A DNA stretch of 64,000 nucleotides from Capsulimonadaceae bacterium (GTDB lineage: Bacteria; Armatimonadota; Armatimonadia; Armatimonadales; Capsulimonadaceae), in the NCBI GenBank assembly GCA_965215505.1, contig OZ244065.1:1600001-1664000 (forward strand), read 5' to 3'. The position numbers were made by a program, and so were the translations under genes. Shown here in pieces: positions 47,575 to 58,127 of the stretch. The notes beneath the pieces were generated by a model. It searched no databases. It was not told where the DNA came from and worked only from the letters and a program-made list of their open reading frames with translations. The first letter of the stretch is position 1; every line of letters starts with the position of its first letter.

Positions 47575-50500
47575 TTAGGGGAGCGCCGGGAAGCCCGGCA
47601 GCACCTCCTGTCCCATGTTGTCCCAGTGGCGCTCGTCGCACCAGGGGCGATAGTTATACCAGTAGGCGCTGGGCAGGCCGGCGCCCACCTGCTCGGGCCG
47701 GTCGTTGCCGGTGTGGTAGACCTGGTGGACCCAGTAGGCCTGCCAGGGGCCGGCGGGCATGGCCTGAGCGGCGGGGATGTCGGCCTCCCAGGCCAGGACC
47801 CCTTGCTCCATGATGCGGAAATGAGTCCGCGACAGGTACAGGTCGAACCGGTGCCGCTTGTCCAGGTCCTGCGCGGTGCCGTTCGCCTGGGGCGTGTGCT
47901 GATAAGGGTCGGTCCGGGCCGTGCCGTGGGCAACGTCCCACGCCATGCCGTTGATCGGGAACAGGGGCATCTCGATGGTCTTGCCGGGCACGGTCGTGCC
48001 GGGGGAAACCATCTCGGGGATGCTCTGGTATCCGTTGATGCGCCAGCGGAAGGCGGTGTCCGTCCCCGACATCACCGCCCTGGCGTCGCCGTCCTTTGAT
48101 CCCGGATTCAGCAGTGTCGCCGAGGCCGGGGCGATGATCAGGTCACACCAGCGGCGCTCGTTGAAGTGGGCGTCCACCTCGAACGTGACGTGCAGGACGC
48201 CGCCGGCCGAGATGTCGGTGGTGGCGCGGGGCATCATCACGAGCGAGGCGTCGTTGTTGTGCAGCGGCCCGCTCACGCCCACCGTGCCGCCGTCGTACAG
48301 AGTCTCCATGAAGTGGCCGCCCATGAAGAACGACTTGGTGGAGATCTGGTCACCGACGTAGTCGCGAATCCGCCACTTGTCGTTCGCCACTTCGGAGTAG
48401 TTGCCGTACTGCCCGTAGGAATCATAGTTGCCGTTCGGGTTCCCGCTCGTGTCCGGCTTCGGCTGCAGCGTGAGGGGCTGCTCGGTCCGGAAGGTGTCGG
48501 CGAAGACCTGCGACCCCTTCAGGACGAACGGCTTGCAGACGACATGGAACGGGGCGGACGCGGCCAGGACGTTCGGCACGTCGGAGGGGTCCCCCTGGCC
48601 GTTGATCGCCTCGTGCATCCCGTCCATCGCCATCGCGCCCGGCCCGGCCATGCCGTCCATCTTCTGGAACGGGCCGAGCTTGTCCACGGCCTCGACCACT
48701 AGGTCCGCGCCCGCCGCCGGGTCCAGGCCGTTCATCTCGATGCTCAGGCCCCCGCCGCTGTACTTGACGGTGTTCGGGTTGGCGACATTGTAAACGCGGT
48801 AATCTACCGCTCCGGGGATGGCGGCGAAGGAAACCACGGCGCTGTCGTCGTTGGGCTGGACGCCCGTGATCTGGATCAGGCCGGGGACCGCAGCCGGGGC
48901 GGACATCAGTGCCGTGGCACTGACGGCACCGCTCTGGCCGCTCTCGACGGGCGTGGAAATGGGCAGGTTGACGGCGGAGACGGTGTAGGAATGGGTCGCG
49001 CCCGGCCTGACATCCTGGTCGTAGTAGTTCAGGCCCCAGAGGCCCGCGCCGACGCGCTGACCATCACGGTAGATGTTGTAGGTGTAGGCCGCATCCTCGC
49101 CGTGCCAGGTGAGGTGGATGCGCGGCACGCCGGCGTTCCACTCGGCCGTGGCGGCGAGCAGGGTCGGCGGCGTCGGGGGGGGCGGCATCCATGCGGGCGG
49201 GGAGGCCGGATTGTAGGCCCCCTGAGCCGTGGCGACGGCGGAGGGCAGTGTCTCGGAACCGTCCACGCCGACAGCCGTGATCGTATAAGTCGGCCCCCAC
49301 ACGAAGGCCGTCGGGGGGACGATGTAGCTGGTCCCGGTCAGGCCGGTCGCGATCTGGGTGTCATACTGGTAGAGGTTGTAGGAGACCGCGCCGGGGACGG
49401 CCGTCCAGGTCAGCGCGTCGGTCGGCGCGGCCTGCCACACGCCCATGACCGTCAGGTTCACCGGGGCGGTGAGGACCATGCCGGGCGGGTTTGGGGCGGT
49501 GGCGGAGACGGACGCCGAGTGCGCCCCCTCGCCGCCCGGCCCGGTCGCCGTGACCGAATAGGCGTAGGTGTGGCCGCTGACGACGTTCATGTCGGTCAGG
49601 GACGGCGTGGTCAGCCCGCCCTGGACCTTGACTCCGTCCCGGTAGACGGCATAGGAGGTCGCACCCGAGACGGCGTTCCAGGCGAGGGCGACGTGCGCCA
49701 TCGCCATGCCGCTGCACGCGGGGCAGGACGTGGCCCAATGCGGGGTGGCGGACAGCCCGGTCGGCGCGTCGGGCAGGGACAGCACGGGGGGCGAGGAGGC
49801 AGGCGGGGCGGTCGTGCCGGTGCCCGGCTTCAGGGCGACCTCGTCCACGGAGAAGGCGGGCTGGGCCGTGCCCGAGGCGTCCGCCACCCACAGGCCGTCC
49901 ATGTCCGGGGCGCCCGCGATGCCGAGGTCGCTGAGGGGGATGGTCACGGACTGCCACTGGTTTGCCCGGAGCGGGCCGAGGGGGACGGCGGTCTGGGGGG
50001 TGCCGCTCCGCAGTGCGCGCACCGAGAGCCGCTGCCCGCCCGCGCTACCGCCGTTGATCCAGAAGGTCACGGCGGCGTAGGGCGCGGCGCTGAACGGCGC
50101 GTGGTGCAGGTAGAGCGCCTGCCAGGGGCCGGCGGTGACGCGGATGGCCTTGCCGGAGTGGGCGGGGGACGTGGAGGCGAGGTCGGTGGCGGCCCAGCTC
50201 CAGGACACCCAGCCGTTGACGAGGCTGTCGGCGTAGACGACCGAGTTCCCGCCGGCGGGGACGGTGGCCGTGGCGGCGGCGCAGGGGTGGCTCTCGCCCG
50301 CCGCGCCGAGGCTCGTGACGGTGTAGGCGTGGGTCTCGCCCGACGCCACGGCGTAGTCGGTCCAGGAGGCGCCGGGGCTGGAGGCGAGGAGATTGCCGTC
50401 ACGGTAGACATTGTAGGACAGGGCGCGCGGCACGGGGAGCCAGGAGAGCTGGACCTGCGCCCCGATCGGCTGCACCCGGCCCGCCGCCGCGAGGCGGCTC

Positions 50501-50643
50501 GGAACGGCGGGCGGGGCGGGGACGGGACTGGCCGGCGGGACCGGCGGGGCCACGACGGGCGTGGTCGCCGCGACAGGCACGGCGGCAGAGATGCCTCCGG
50601 CAAGGGCCAGCGCGGCCCAGGCAGGGGACAGGATAAACTTCAT
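47575..50643 (-). CDS. secreted protein with four FN3-like repeats, a CBM-like module and an unassigned C-terminal domain
   Basis: Signal peptide; repeated W..V.GA.SY..YRDG...HTY.Y.V; VYADSLVNGWVSWSW module. Confidence 0.8.
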   Translation of the reverse strand: MKFILSPAWAALALAGGISAAVPVAATTPVVAPPVPPASPVPAPPAVPSRLAAAGRVQPIGAQVQLSWLPVPRALSYNVYRDGNLLASSPGASWTDYAVASGETHAYTVTSLGAAGESHPCAAATATVPAGGNSVVYADSLVNGWVSWSWAATDLASTSPAHSGKAIRVTAGPWQALYLHHAPFSAAPYAAVTFWINGGSAGGQRLSVRALRSGTPQTAVPLGPLRANQWQSVTIPLSDLGIAGAPDMDGLWVADASGTAQPAFSVDEVALKPGTGTTAPPASSPPVLSLPDAPTGLSATPHWATSCPACSGMAMAHVALAWNAVSGATSYAVYRDGVKVQGGLTTPSLTDMNVVSGHTYAYSVTATGPGGEGAHSASVSATAPNPPGMVLTAPVNLTVMGVWQAAPTDALTWTAVPGAVSYNLYQYDTQIATGLTGTSYIVPPTAFVWGPTYTITAVGVDGSETLPSAVATAQGAYNPASPPAWMPPPPTPPTLLAATAEWNAGVPRIHLTWHGEDAAYTYNIYRDGQRVGAGLWGLNYYDQDVRPGATHSYTVSAVNLPISTPVESGQSGAVSATALMSAPAAVPGLIQITGVQPNDDSAVVSFAAIPGAVDYRVYNVANPNTVKYSGGGLSIEMNGLDPAAGADLVVEAVDKLGPFQKMDGMAGPGAMAMDGMHEAINGQGDPSDVPNVLAASAPFHVVCKPFVLKGSQVFADTFRTEQPLTLQPKPDTSGNPNGNYDSYGQYGNYSEVANDKWRIRDYVGDQISTKSFFMGGHFMETLYDGGTVGVSGPLHNNDASLVMMPRATTDISAGGVLHVTFEVDAHFNERRWCDLIIAPASATLLNPGSKDGDARAVMSGTDTAFRWRINGYQSIPEMVSPGTTVPGKTIEMPLFPINGMAWDVAHGTARTDPYQHTPQANGTAQDLDKRHRFDLYLSRTHFRIMEQGVLAWEADIPAAQAMPAGPWQAYWVHQVYHTGNDRPEQVGAGLPSAYWYNYRPWCDERHWDNMGQEVLPGFPALP

Positions 50644-51358
50644 GTCGTTCTCCGGATTCTTATCAAACGCGCGGCAGCCGCGGGTAGGGTTTTGGTAGGA
50701 GCCGTGGCCGAGGGCCGCGACTGCTCTAGATAGTCGGCAAGGGAAAGCCTATAATCAACCGGCAGGGGTACGGGGAAGTGCGACGCGCAAAGGGAAAACT
50801 GTTTTTGCCTGCCGCCTGGAGTCAGGCGGGCCGAGGGCGGGCATGGGGGCTGGGAGAGCCGTCTTACCACCGAGCGAGTGAACAGTATCCCGGAAGCCAC
50901 CGATGGGTGCATCGGCTTTGTCTTGCTCTTCCGGCTATTTTCGTCCGATAGTATACCCGATGTTCGTGAAATAAAGCGCGCAGTTTGGCAGATGACAGCC
51001 TGTTTCTGACTGATCTCAAAATTAGAAGGGCGGCGATCAGGTCTTCCATGATGTCCGGAGTGAGAATGTGGGGGACAGGCTGGCGCTGTCTCCAAGGCTG
51101 ATGTCGCGCAGCCAGAAGATGTCGAGGCCGGATGCGCCCTGAGTGGCGATACGGTTGTGGAGGAGCTTCCGCCGGACAGTCTCGCCCACGCCGCCTTCAA
51201 CCTTCAGCCTGCCCGTCTCATCCGCTGCCGGCCCGATGGTTCGACGGCACGGCCCTGTTTTCCTTTGAAGCCGTCTCCCGGCGGAACTTTTTCCGGAGTG
51301 GAATCGCTTCCTGACAGCAAGGGGCAGTCAAAATCCCCTCCCTGAAAGGAACCAAACG

Positions 51359-51595
51359 ATGAACATTATATCTCGGTCTGCCGCTCTCTTCGGGCTGGCC
51401 GCCCTCGCCTTCGGCACGTTCGCCGCCCCCGCCGGCGCGAAGGCCCCCCCCTACATCCGCCACGCCCAGATGCATCAGGCCAAGCGCCTGGACCGGCAGG
51501 CCGCACACGCCGCCTACAATGGCAACTACCGCCGCGCCAGCCGCCTGCGGCACCAGGCAACTCACCTCCGCGTCGCCGCCCGCCACGGGCACTGA
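51359..51595 (+). CDS. small secreted His/Arg-rich protein
   Basis: RBS AAAGGA, signal peptide, downstream terminator. Confidence 0.7.
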   Translation: MNIISRSAALFGLAALAFGTFAAPAGAKAPPYIRHAQMHQAKRLDRQAAHAAYNGNYRRASRLRHQATHLRVAARHGH

Positions 51596-51609
51596 CGGGT
51601 CAGTAAGTT

Positions 51610-51651
51610 CACGAAAACCGCCGGGGGCCGTAGCCCCCGGCGGTTTTCGTG
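51610..51651. terminator. bidirectional terminator
   Basis: CACGAAAACCGCCGGGGGC-cgta-GCCCCCGGCGGTTTTCGTG. Confidence 0.88.
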
Positions 51652-51655
51652 CGAG

Positions 51656-52516
51656 TCAGGTCCGGGCCAGGTGCGCGAACTCTTCCAGGCTGAGAGTCTC
51701 GCCCCGGCGGCCCGGATCGAGGCCGGCGGCGGCCAGCGCGGCGGCGGCCCGGTCGCGGTCCCAGCCCAGTGCGGGGTCGCCGCTGAGTGCGTTCAGGAGG
51801 GCCTTGCGGCGCTGGCCGAAGGCGGCGCGGACGACAGCGAAGAACAGCCCCTCGTCGGGGACGGAGACGGGCGGGGCGGCGTGGGGGGTCAGGCGGACGA
51901 TGGCGCTGTCCACGTCGGGGGGCGGGAAGAAGACGCGGCGCGAGACGATGCCGACGGTTTCCACCTGGGCATGGTACTGGCTGAAGACGCCCAGGGAACT
52001 GTAGTCCGGGGTGCCCGGCTTCGCGCCGAGCCGGGCGGCGACCTCCCTCTGCACCAGCAGCACGATCCGGGCGAAGCGGCCCCGCTGGTCCAGAAGCGTC
52101 GTCAGCAGCGGCGAGGTGATGTTGTAGGGGATGTTGGCGACGACCGAGACCGGCCCCGTGCCCGCGAACTGCGCGTCCAGGAAGGCGGGCCAGTCGAGCG
52201 CCATGGCGTCGCCGGGGACGACCTCGACCTGCGTCAGTTCGCCGGTCGTTTCAGCCAGGGCGGGCAGCAAGTCGCCGTCTATTTCCAGCGCGACCACCCG
52301 GCCCGAGGGCGTGACGGCCTCGGCCAGCGAGCGCGTCAGGACGCCCAGGCCCGCGCCGATCTCCAGCACCGAGTCGCCAGGCCCGAGCGCACCGGCCGTG
52401 ACGATCTTCGCCAGCGTGTTGGCATCCACGAGGAAGTTTTGCCCGAAGCGGCGTCGGGGGCGCAGGTCGTGCCGCCTGAGCAGGGCGGCGACGGCGGCAG
52501 GGCTGGAAAGGTTCAT
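51656..52516 (-). CDS. rsmA: 16S rRNA adenine dimethyltransferase
   Basis: FGQNFL, LEIGAGLG, ANIPYNITSP, QREVA, F.QRRK; ATG 52516. Confidence 0.95.
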   Translation of the reverse strand: MNLSSPAAVAALLRRHDLRPRRRFGQNFLVDANTLAKIVTAGALGPGDSVLEIGAGLGVLTRSLAEAVTPSGRVVALEIDGDLLPALAETTGELTQVEVVPGDAMALDWPAFLDAQFAGTGPVSVVANIPYNITSPLLTTLLDQRGRFARIVLLVQREVAARLGAKPGTPDYSSLGVFSQYHAQVETVGIVSRRVFFPPPDVDSAIVRLTPHAAPPVSVPDEGLFFAVVRAAFGQRRKALLNALSGDPALGWDRDRAAAALAAAGLDPGRRGETLSLEEFAHLART

Positions 52517-52520
52517 GCCG

Positions 52521-53840
52521 CTATTGTACCTGAGTCGTACCGGGTGGCGGGAAATCGCGGGCGGCGGCGTCCAGGACCAGCACCCAATCCGGGCCGTCCA
52601 GGTCCGTGGGCGGCGTCCAGGTTTGTGACGGTGTGCGGGGGAACAGGCCCAAGCTCTGGGCCGACCCCGTGCGCGGGTCGAACCACCAGGCGGCCAGCGT
52701 CTCGCCCGAGAGCGATGCCGTGTCCAGGGTGAAGGCCAGCCCGGCGGGAGAGTAGATGAAAGCATAACTGCCGTCAGTGTCGCGCGTCGCCTGGACATGG
52801 TCGCCGCCCGCGCCCACCTCAGACAGCAGGAGCGACTGGTCGGGGATCCGGGACAGGAACGGGCGCGATTCGAGCAGGGCGCGGAGGTGGCTCATCTGGG
52901 CCGCGCCGGGGAGCAGCAGGGCCTCGCGCCAGGGGGTCCGGGCCACCGTCACTGCGGGGAAGCGGGCGGCATCCAGGAATTGCCAGACATCGTGGCAGCC
53001 GTAGGTGTGGCCGAAGCCGCCCGCGAAGGCCGCCCAATAGCCCGCGCGGCGCACGGCATGGTCGTCGAACCACAGGTCGGTCGGCGTCCATTGCGGCGTC
53101 ATGACGGGGTGGTCCTCGTAGCAAGGCTCGGCGTCCAAGGCGGGGCGCGTCGGAAGCGCCTGGTAATCGCGGGCGATGGCCCCGTAGTTGGGGACCAGCC
53201 CGACGTGTCCGGTCTGGCGCATGTCGAAGTCCAGCCAGGCGTCATTCGGGAAATAGTCGCTGGCCGAACGCCCGCCGGGCGGGTGGAACGTCCGCAGGTG
53301 CGCCCCGCCGTCACCCTCTGCCAGCCCCGCAGCCATGGCGCGGATGATCTCCCGGTGCCGGTCCGTTTCCACAGGCCGATCCCCGCCCAGGACCCAGAGC
53401 AGATCGGCGTCGCGGTAGCGATGCCCCAGGAACTCGCCGTAGCCCTGCGCGTTCTCGGGCGTGAAGATCTCCGGCCCCTCCCCGGTCCCCCGGTTCCACT
53501 TGTCGCCCCAGGTCGGCAGCAGCGCCACCCAAAGCCCGAGTTCGTTGGCGCGGCGGATGACCCAGTCTACATGGGCGAAGTACGGCTCGTTCGGCCTGGC
53601 CGGGTCGTCGTCGTGCAAGGGCAGGTGTCCGACCGGGCCAGGCCGGTCAAAGCCGTGTTCGGCGAGGACGACGGCCATGACGACCGTGAAGCCCTGGCCG
53701 GCGCGGGTCTGGAGGTAGAAGTCGGCCTCCTCGCGTGTCAGCCGGTGGAACAGCTCCCAGGCGGTGTCGGCGAGATAGAGGAACGGCGCTCCCCCGTCGT
53801 GGACGAGGAAGCGCCGGTTGGAACTGACTTGGAGCGGCAT
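52521..53840 (-). CDS. DUF4038/GH140 (apiosidase-like) glycoside hydrolase
   Basis: YLADTAWELFHRL, WVLGGDR, QTGH, EPCYED, GHTYG, WWFDPRTG. Confidence 0.88.
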   Translation of the reverse strand: MPLQVSSNRRFLVHDGGAPFLYLADTAWELFHRLTREEADFYLQTRAGQGFTVVMAVVLAEHGFDRPGPVGHLPLHDDDPARPNEPYFAHVDWVIRRANELGLWVALLPTWGDKWNRGTGEGPEIFTPENAQGYGEFLGHRYRDADLLWVLGGDRPVETDRHREIIRAMAAGLAEGDGGAHLRTFHPPGGRSASDYFPNDAWLDFDMRQTGHVGLVPNYGAIARDYQALPTRPALDAEPCYEDHPVMTPQWTPTDLWFDDHAVRRAGYWAAFAGGFGHTYGCHDVWQFLDAARFPAVTVARTPWREALLLPGAAQMSHLRALLESRPFLSRIPDQSLLLSEVGAGGDHVQATRDTDGSYAFIYSPAGLAFTLDTASLSGETLAAWWFDPRTGSAQSLGLFPRTPSQTWTPPTDLDGPDWVLVLDAAARDFPPPGTTQVQ

Positions 53841-53850
53841 GGGGACAGCC

Positions 53851-54789
53851 TCAGCGCGCGGGTGAAAGGAGCCAGACGGTCACGCGGCGGCGGCCCACGT
53901 TGGACGCCTCGCGAAACGTGGTGTGGCCGAGATCAATGCGGTGGCCCTTGATCGCGCCGCCGGTGTCGCCCGCCAGGGCGTAGCCGTAGCCCTCGATATA
54001 GAGCTTGGAGCCGAGGGGGATCAACCGCGGGTCCACGGCGACGACGCCGTAGCCGGCCCGCATCCCGTTCGCGCAGCGGCCCACGCTGCTGCCCTCATAG
54101 GGGGAGTAGCCGGTCGCCACCATGCTGAAGCACTGCATCCGCTGGTAAGTTCCGGAACGGGACGGCAGGGCGCGCGCCTCGCGGACGCGGATGCCGGCCA
54201 GTGTTTCCTGATCCTGCGGGGCACGGGCGACGCGGGTGGCGACCAGTTTGCGGGAGGTCGCCATTTCGTTGACGAAGCCCGCGTTGTAGGTCTTGGCGAG
54301 GACGCCGTTGACGCCGCGCTGCCCCGTCTTGACCTGGCCGGGCGCGACCTCGCGGCTCATTTTGAACACTGTCTTGAAGGGGATCGGGCTGGTCTCCGTC
54401 TGGTCTTCAAAACGGACGCGCGTGATGACGATCTTCAGGCCCGCGACGAGCGGGGCGGTGGGCTTGGGGACAATCCGGTCGTCTTTGCCGCAGGTGATGC
54501 CGGCCGCCGCCAGGGCGTCGCCGACGGTCGATGCCTTGGTGTCCAGAGTCCGGACAGCCTTGGCACCATCGGCGACGGTAACGGTGAGCGTGCGGGCCGG
54601 GGGGGCGTCGGAAGCGGGGGTGGTGCCGGCCCCTGCGCTGGGGCTGACGACGGGACTGATGGCGGGAGTGTCCGTGGGAGTGGTCGCGCTCTGCGCCAGG
54701 ACGGCGAAGGGGCAGGAAAGCGCGGTCACCGAGAAAATGGAAGCGACGGACAGATAGCCGAAGGTCCGTGCTGTCTTCGAGTTACGCAA
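53851..54789 (-). CDS. YabE-like protein: DUF348 + G5 + 3D domains
   Basis: [24 protein letters not shown]...[13 protein letters not shown] start after GGAGGAG. Confidence 0.88.
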   Translation of the reverse strand: MRNSKTARTFGYLSVASIFSVTALSCPFAVLAQSATTPTDTPAISPVVSPSAGAGTTPASDAPPARTLTVTVADGAKAVRTLDTKASTVGDALAAAGITCGKDDRIVPKPTAPLVAGLKIVITRVRFEDQTETSPIPFKTVFKMSREVAPGQVKTGQRGVNGVLAKTYNAGFVNEMATSRKLVATRVARAPQDQETLAGIRVREARALPSRSGTYQRMQCFSMVATGYSPYEGSSVGRCANGMRAGYGVVAVDPRLIPLGSKLYIEGYGYALAGDTGGAIKGHRIDLGHTTFREASNVGRRRVTVWLLSPAR

Positions 54790-55010
54790 ATGGTCTCCTC
54801 CTGGAGAGTCTGTAGGTTTGGACGCGCGAGTGCTGCGATGGATTTCCGCGCGCCATGCCGGGACGCCTTTTGGCGAGCCGACCTTTGCTGTTCTTCGAGG
54901 CTGGGTCAGTATAACCCAAAGCCCCCGCCGTGTCAAGATGCCTTGTGACGGCGTGACGTGTCGTTGCTAATTGTTGGCATGAAAACAGCCTAAAAAGAGG
55001 GTGAAATTTG

Positions 55011-55064
55011 TTGACATCCGGCCCTGAATATGGTATATTAGGGTGATTTACGAACAGATGTTTG
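55011..55064 (+). promoter_or_regulatory. recA sigma70 promoter and LexA (Cheo-type) box
   Basis: TTGACA 55011, 17 bp, TATATT 55034; CGAAC-AGAT-GTTTG 55051-55064. Confidence 0.88.
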
Positions 55065-55092
55065 ACGAACACGGTTTAGAGAGGAACTGACA

Positions 55093-56136
55093 TTGGACAA
55101 AGAGAAAGCACTGGAACTGGCACTGGCACAGATAGACAAGCAGTTCGGCAAGGGCGCGATCATGCGTCTGGGACAGGCCGAAAAGCTGGTGACGGAGGCC
55201 GTCCCGACCGGCTCCGTCGCGCTGGACATCGCCCTGGGCGTCGGCGGTATCCCCAAGGGGCGCATCACCGAGGTCTACGGCCCCGAGTCGTCGGGCAAGA
55301 CGACTCTGGCCCTGCACCTGGTGGCCGAGTCGCAGAAGACGGGCGGCATCTGCGCCTATGTGGACGCCGAACACGCCCTGGACCCGGAGTACGCCCGCAA
55401 GCTGGGCGTCAACATAGACAGCCTGCTGGTCTCGCAGCCCTCCACGGGCGAGGAGGCCCTGGAGATCACGGACGGCCTGGTCCGGTCGGGAGCCATCTCG
55501 CTGGTGGTCATCGACTCGGTCGCCGCGCTGGTGCCGAAGGCGGAGATCGAGGGCGAGATGGGCGACAGCCACATGGGCCTCCAGGCCCGCATGATGTCGC
55601 AGGCCATGCGGAAGCTGTCCGGCAGTGTCAGCAAGACGGGCTGCGTGATCATCTTTATCAACCAGCTCCGCGAGAAGATCGGCGTCATGTTCGGCAACCC
55701 GGAGACAACGCCGGGCGGCAAGGCCCTGAAGTTCTACGCCTCGGTGCGGCTGGACATCCGGCGCGTCGAGACTTTGAAGCAGGGCACGGACATGGTGGGC
55801 AACCGGGTCAAGGTCAAGGTGGTCAAGAACAAGGTCGCCCCGCCCTTCCGCCAGGCCGAGTTCGACATCATGTTCGGCACGGGGATCAGCCGCTCAGGAG
55901 GAATCCTGGACATGGCCATCGAACTAGGCATCGCGAACAAGTCCGGCTCCTGGTTCACCTACGGCGACACCCGGATCGGCCAGGGACGCGAGAACGCCAA
56001 GCAGTACCTGGAAGAGCGCCCCGAGATCATGGCCGAGATGGAGTCGCGCATCCGCGAGATCGCCGTCGGCCCGGTCGAGAGCCTGCCCGCCGCCATGGAG
56101 GCCGACGACGCCGAGGCGCTGGCTTTGGCCGCATAA
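55093..56136 (+). CDS. recA: recombinase RecA
   Basis: [46 protein letters not shown]. Confidence 0.99.
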   Translation: MDKEKALELALAQIDKQFGKGAIMRLGQAEKLVTEAVPTGSVALDIALGVGGIPKGRITEVYGPESSGKTTLALHLVAESQKTGGICAYVDAEHALDPEYARKLGVNIDSLLVSQPSTGEEALEITDGLVRSGAISLVVIDSVAALVPKAEIEGEMGDSHMGLQARMMSQAMRKLSGSVSKTGCVIIFINQLREKIGVMFGNPETTPGGKALKFYASVRLDIRRVETLKQGTDMVGNRVKVKVVKNKVAPPFRQAEFDIMFGTGISRSGGILDMAIELGIANKSGSWFTYGDTRIGQGRENAKQYLEERPEIMAEMESRIREIAVGPVESLPAAMEADDAEALALAA

Positions 56137-56211
56137 CTTCCCATGCCTCCCGCATGAGTTGCCGGGGGCTTCCCCCTTCTGAGTGACTGACCTGGTGTAA
56201 GGAGAACTGAA

Positions 56212-57150
56212 ATGGCGTTCGATTTTAAGAGGCATCTAATCAAAGTCCAGGGCGGCCGGACGTACCTGCCGGTTTCGGCGCGCATCGTCTGGTTCCGGGA
56301 GGAACACCCCGACTGGAGCATCGAGACGGAGGCCGTCGAGATCAACCACGAGAAGCAGTACGCGATCTTCCGCGCCCGCATCTGTGACGGCGACGGCAAG
56401 CTGATGGCGACGGGGACCAAAAAGGAAGACGTCAAGGGTTTCGGCGACTACATTGAAAAAAGCGAAACCGGGGCCGTTGGCCGTGCCCTCGCCCTGTGCG
56501 GCTTCGGGACGCAGTTCTCACCCGAACTGGACGAGGCGACGGGCGGGCGCTTCGCGGACAGCCCACAGCCGATGGGCGGCGGGCGCTTCGGTGGCGGGGG
56601 TGGTGGGAACTACGGCGGCAATAATGGCGGCGGGCAGAACGGGGGCGGCAGCAACCGCTATGGCAGTCCCCCGCCGAGCGGCGAAGGCGTCCGCTTCACC
56701 CCGCCGCGTGAGTCCGCTCCCCCCCGCGAGATGAACGCGCCCCCCGCCGAGCGCCCGACGCCGCCTCGTAATGACGCGCCGCCTCGTAATGAGGCACCCC
56801 GGAGCGAGGCCGCGCGGCCCGAGCCAGTGAGGCCTGCCCCGGCCCGCCCAGCCCCCGTGGAGGACGCAGGCGAGGACGATTTCGAGGCGCTGATCGGCGG
56901 CGAAGGCCTGCTGGATGCGACCGAGGATGACCCGTTCGGCGACGCCGCCGAGGCTGCCCCCAAGCCCTCCGCGCCGGCCCGGCCGGCTGCCCCTGCGCCG
57001 CCGGCGAATGGGACACCGGCTTGCATCGGCTGTAACAAGGCTCTGACCAAGGCGCAGCAGGAGCTTTCGATCCGCAACTACGGCGAGGCGCTCTGCCCCG
57101 GCTGTCAGCGCGACAAGGCGCGGCGGCCCGCGCTGGCCGAACGTGCCTGA
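56212..57150 (+). CDS. Rad52/Sak-like single-strand annealing protein with disordered linker and C-terminal Zn finger
   Basis: YLPV..R..WFR..HP...EKSETGAVGRALALCGFG; CIGC...CPGC. Confidence 0.65.
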   Translation: MAFDFKRHLIKVQGGRTYLPVSARIVWFREEHPDWSIETEAVEINHEKQYAIFRARICDGDGKLMATGTKKEDVKGFGDYIEKSETGAVGRALALCGFGTQFSPELDEATGGRFADSPQPMGGGRFGGGGGGNYGGNNGGGQNGGGSNRYGSPPPSGEGVRFTPPRESAPPREMNAPPAERPTPPRNDAPPRNEAPRSEAARPEPVRPAPARPAPVEDAGEDDFEALIGGEGLLDATEDDPFGDAAEAAPKPSAPARPAAPAPPANGTPACIGCNKALTKAQQELSIRNYGEALCPGCQRDKARRPALAERA

Positions 57151-57178
57151 CCGGTCTGAGCCTCCGGCATCGGATGAA

Positions 57179-57310
57179 GACGAGCGAATAGAATTCGCTC
57201 GCTCCCACGAGACCTGTCCAGGGGACAGAAGAAGGGCGTAAGGCTCGCCTCCCCCTATTCTACTGTCCCCTGGACAGGTCCATTTCAGCGAGTGATTTCA
57301 ATCACTCGTC
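57179..57310. repeat. second copy of REP/MITE-like element
   Basis: Shares CTGTCCCCTGGACAGGTCC and AGCGAGTGATTTCAATCACTCGTCC with the 916-965 region. Confidence 0.85.
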
Positions 57311-57318
57311 CCGACCCA

Positions 57319-57354
57319 AAAAGCCCCCACTTCTACTCAGAAGCGGGGGCTTTC
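57319..57354. terminator. terminator hairpin between convergent genes
   Basis: AAAGCCCCCACTTCT-actc-AGAAGCGGGGGCTTT. Confidence 0.75.
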
Positions 57355-57374
57355 TTGTGCCGTTAGCGGTTCAC

Positions 57375-57875
57375 CTAGCGTCGGGCGACGAGGCCCTTGT
57401 GATAGCGGTGTTCGATCTGGGCGATGACGGTAGGATTGGTGACGGGGATCAGGAGGTGCTGGCCGGGGATGAGGGGGGTGGTCCCGGCAAGATGGTTGAC
57501 GCGGGCGATCTGCTCTTCACGCGCAAGGATATAGACGTTTGGGTCGCCGTAATGCCTGGCGAGCTTGGTCAGCGTGTCCCCACGGGCGACGGTCTTGGAG
57601 ATCATGACGACGGCAGGCTGGGCCGGGACGACGTAGCTTTGCTGGACCGAGTGGACCAGGGAGAGGGCGAAGGTGAAAAAGAAATACAGGAGTACGGCGG
57701 CGGCGGCGGCGGCCAGGAGGACGTTTTCGAACCGGCTGAACGGGCTGCGCCGGGCAACGGAGGGGGTCCGGGAAGGTGCGGCTTCCGTCACGTCCTTCAG
57801 GACGAGCTGAGGCCGGGGGCGGACACTGGCGGGGCGCGGGCGATCATCACACACATCAAGTCTCAACGGAACCAT
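57375..57875 (-). CDS. membrane LysM protein, YneA-like SOS division inhibitor candidate
   Basis: One TM plus TVARGDTLTKLA...IPGQHLLIP; divergent from lexA. Confidence 0.8.
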   Translation of the reverse strand: MVPLRLDVCDDRPRPASVRPRPQLVLKDVTEAAPSRTPSVARRSPFSRFENVLLAAAAAAVLLYFFFTFALSLVHSVQQSYVVPAQPAVVMISKTVARGDTLTKLARHYGDPNVYILAREEQIARVNHLAGTTPLIPGQHLLIPVTNPTVIAQIEHRYHKGLVARR

Positions 57876-57909
57876 GGTCTATTCTCCTCACTTGATACGA
57901 CAGGCGGGG

Positions 57910-58032
57910 CAAACACTTGTTTGCTTCTTCTGCATTATACACAAGATGTAGCAGAGTGTCAACGAGATTCTGCCCATACAGTGAAAAAAACAAACAAAAG
58001 TTTGACTAAGTTCCGGGCGTCCGTGGTATAAT
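57910..58032. promoter_or_regulatory. divergent lexA/LysM promoters with two LexA boxes
   Basis: CAAAC-ACTT-GTTTG 57910-57923; CAAAC-AAAA-GTTTG 57991-58004; minus TTGACA-17-TATAAT (57962-57934); plus TGGTATAAT 58024-58032. Confidence 0.85.
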
Positions 58033-58127
58033 CCCAGAGACAGCACTTATTCGTCATTATTGGCTTTTATTCCGGTTTCATCACTTCATTCCTATTCATC
58101 AATCCGCATTCATAAAAAGGAAGCATC

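Noticed and set aside
54790-54960. c-di-AMP (ydaO) riboswitch upstream of the 3D-domain gene
   Set aside because: Conserved GCTGAA...GGAACGGGG core not found.
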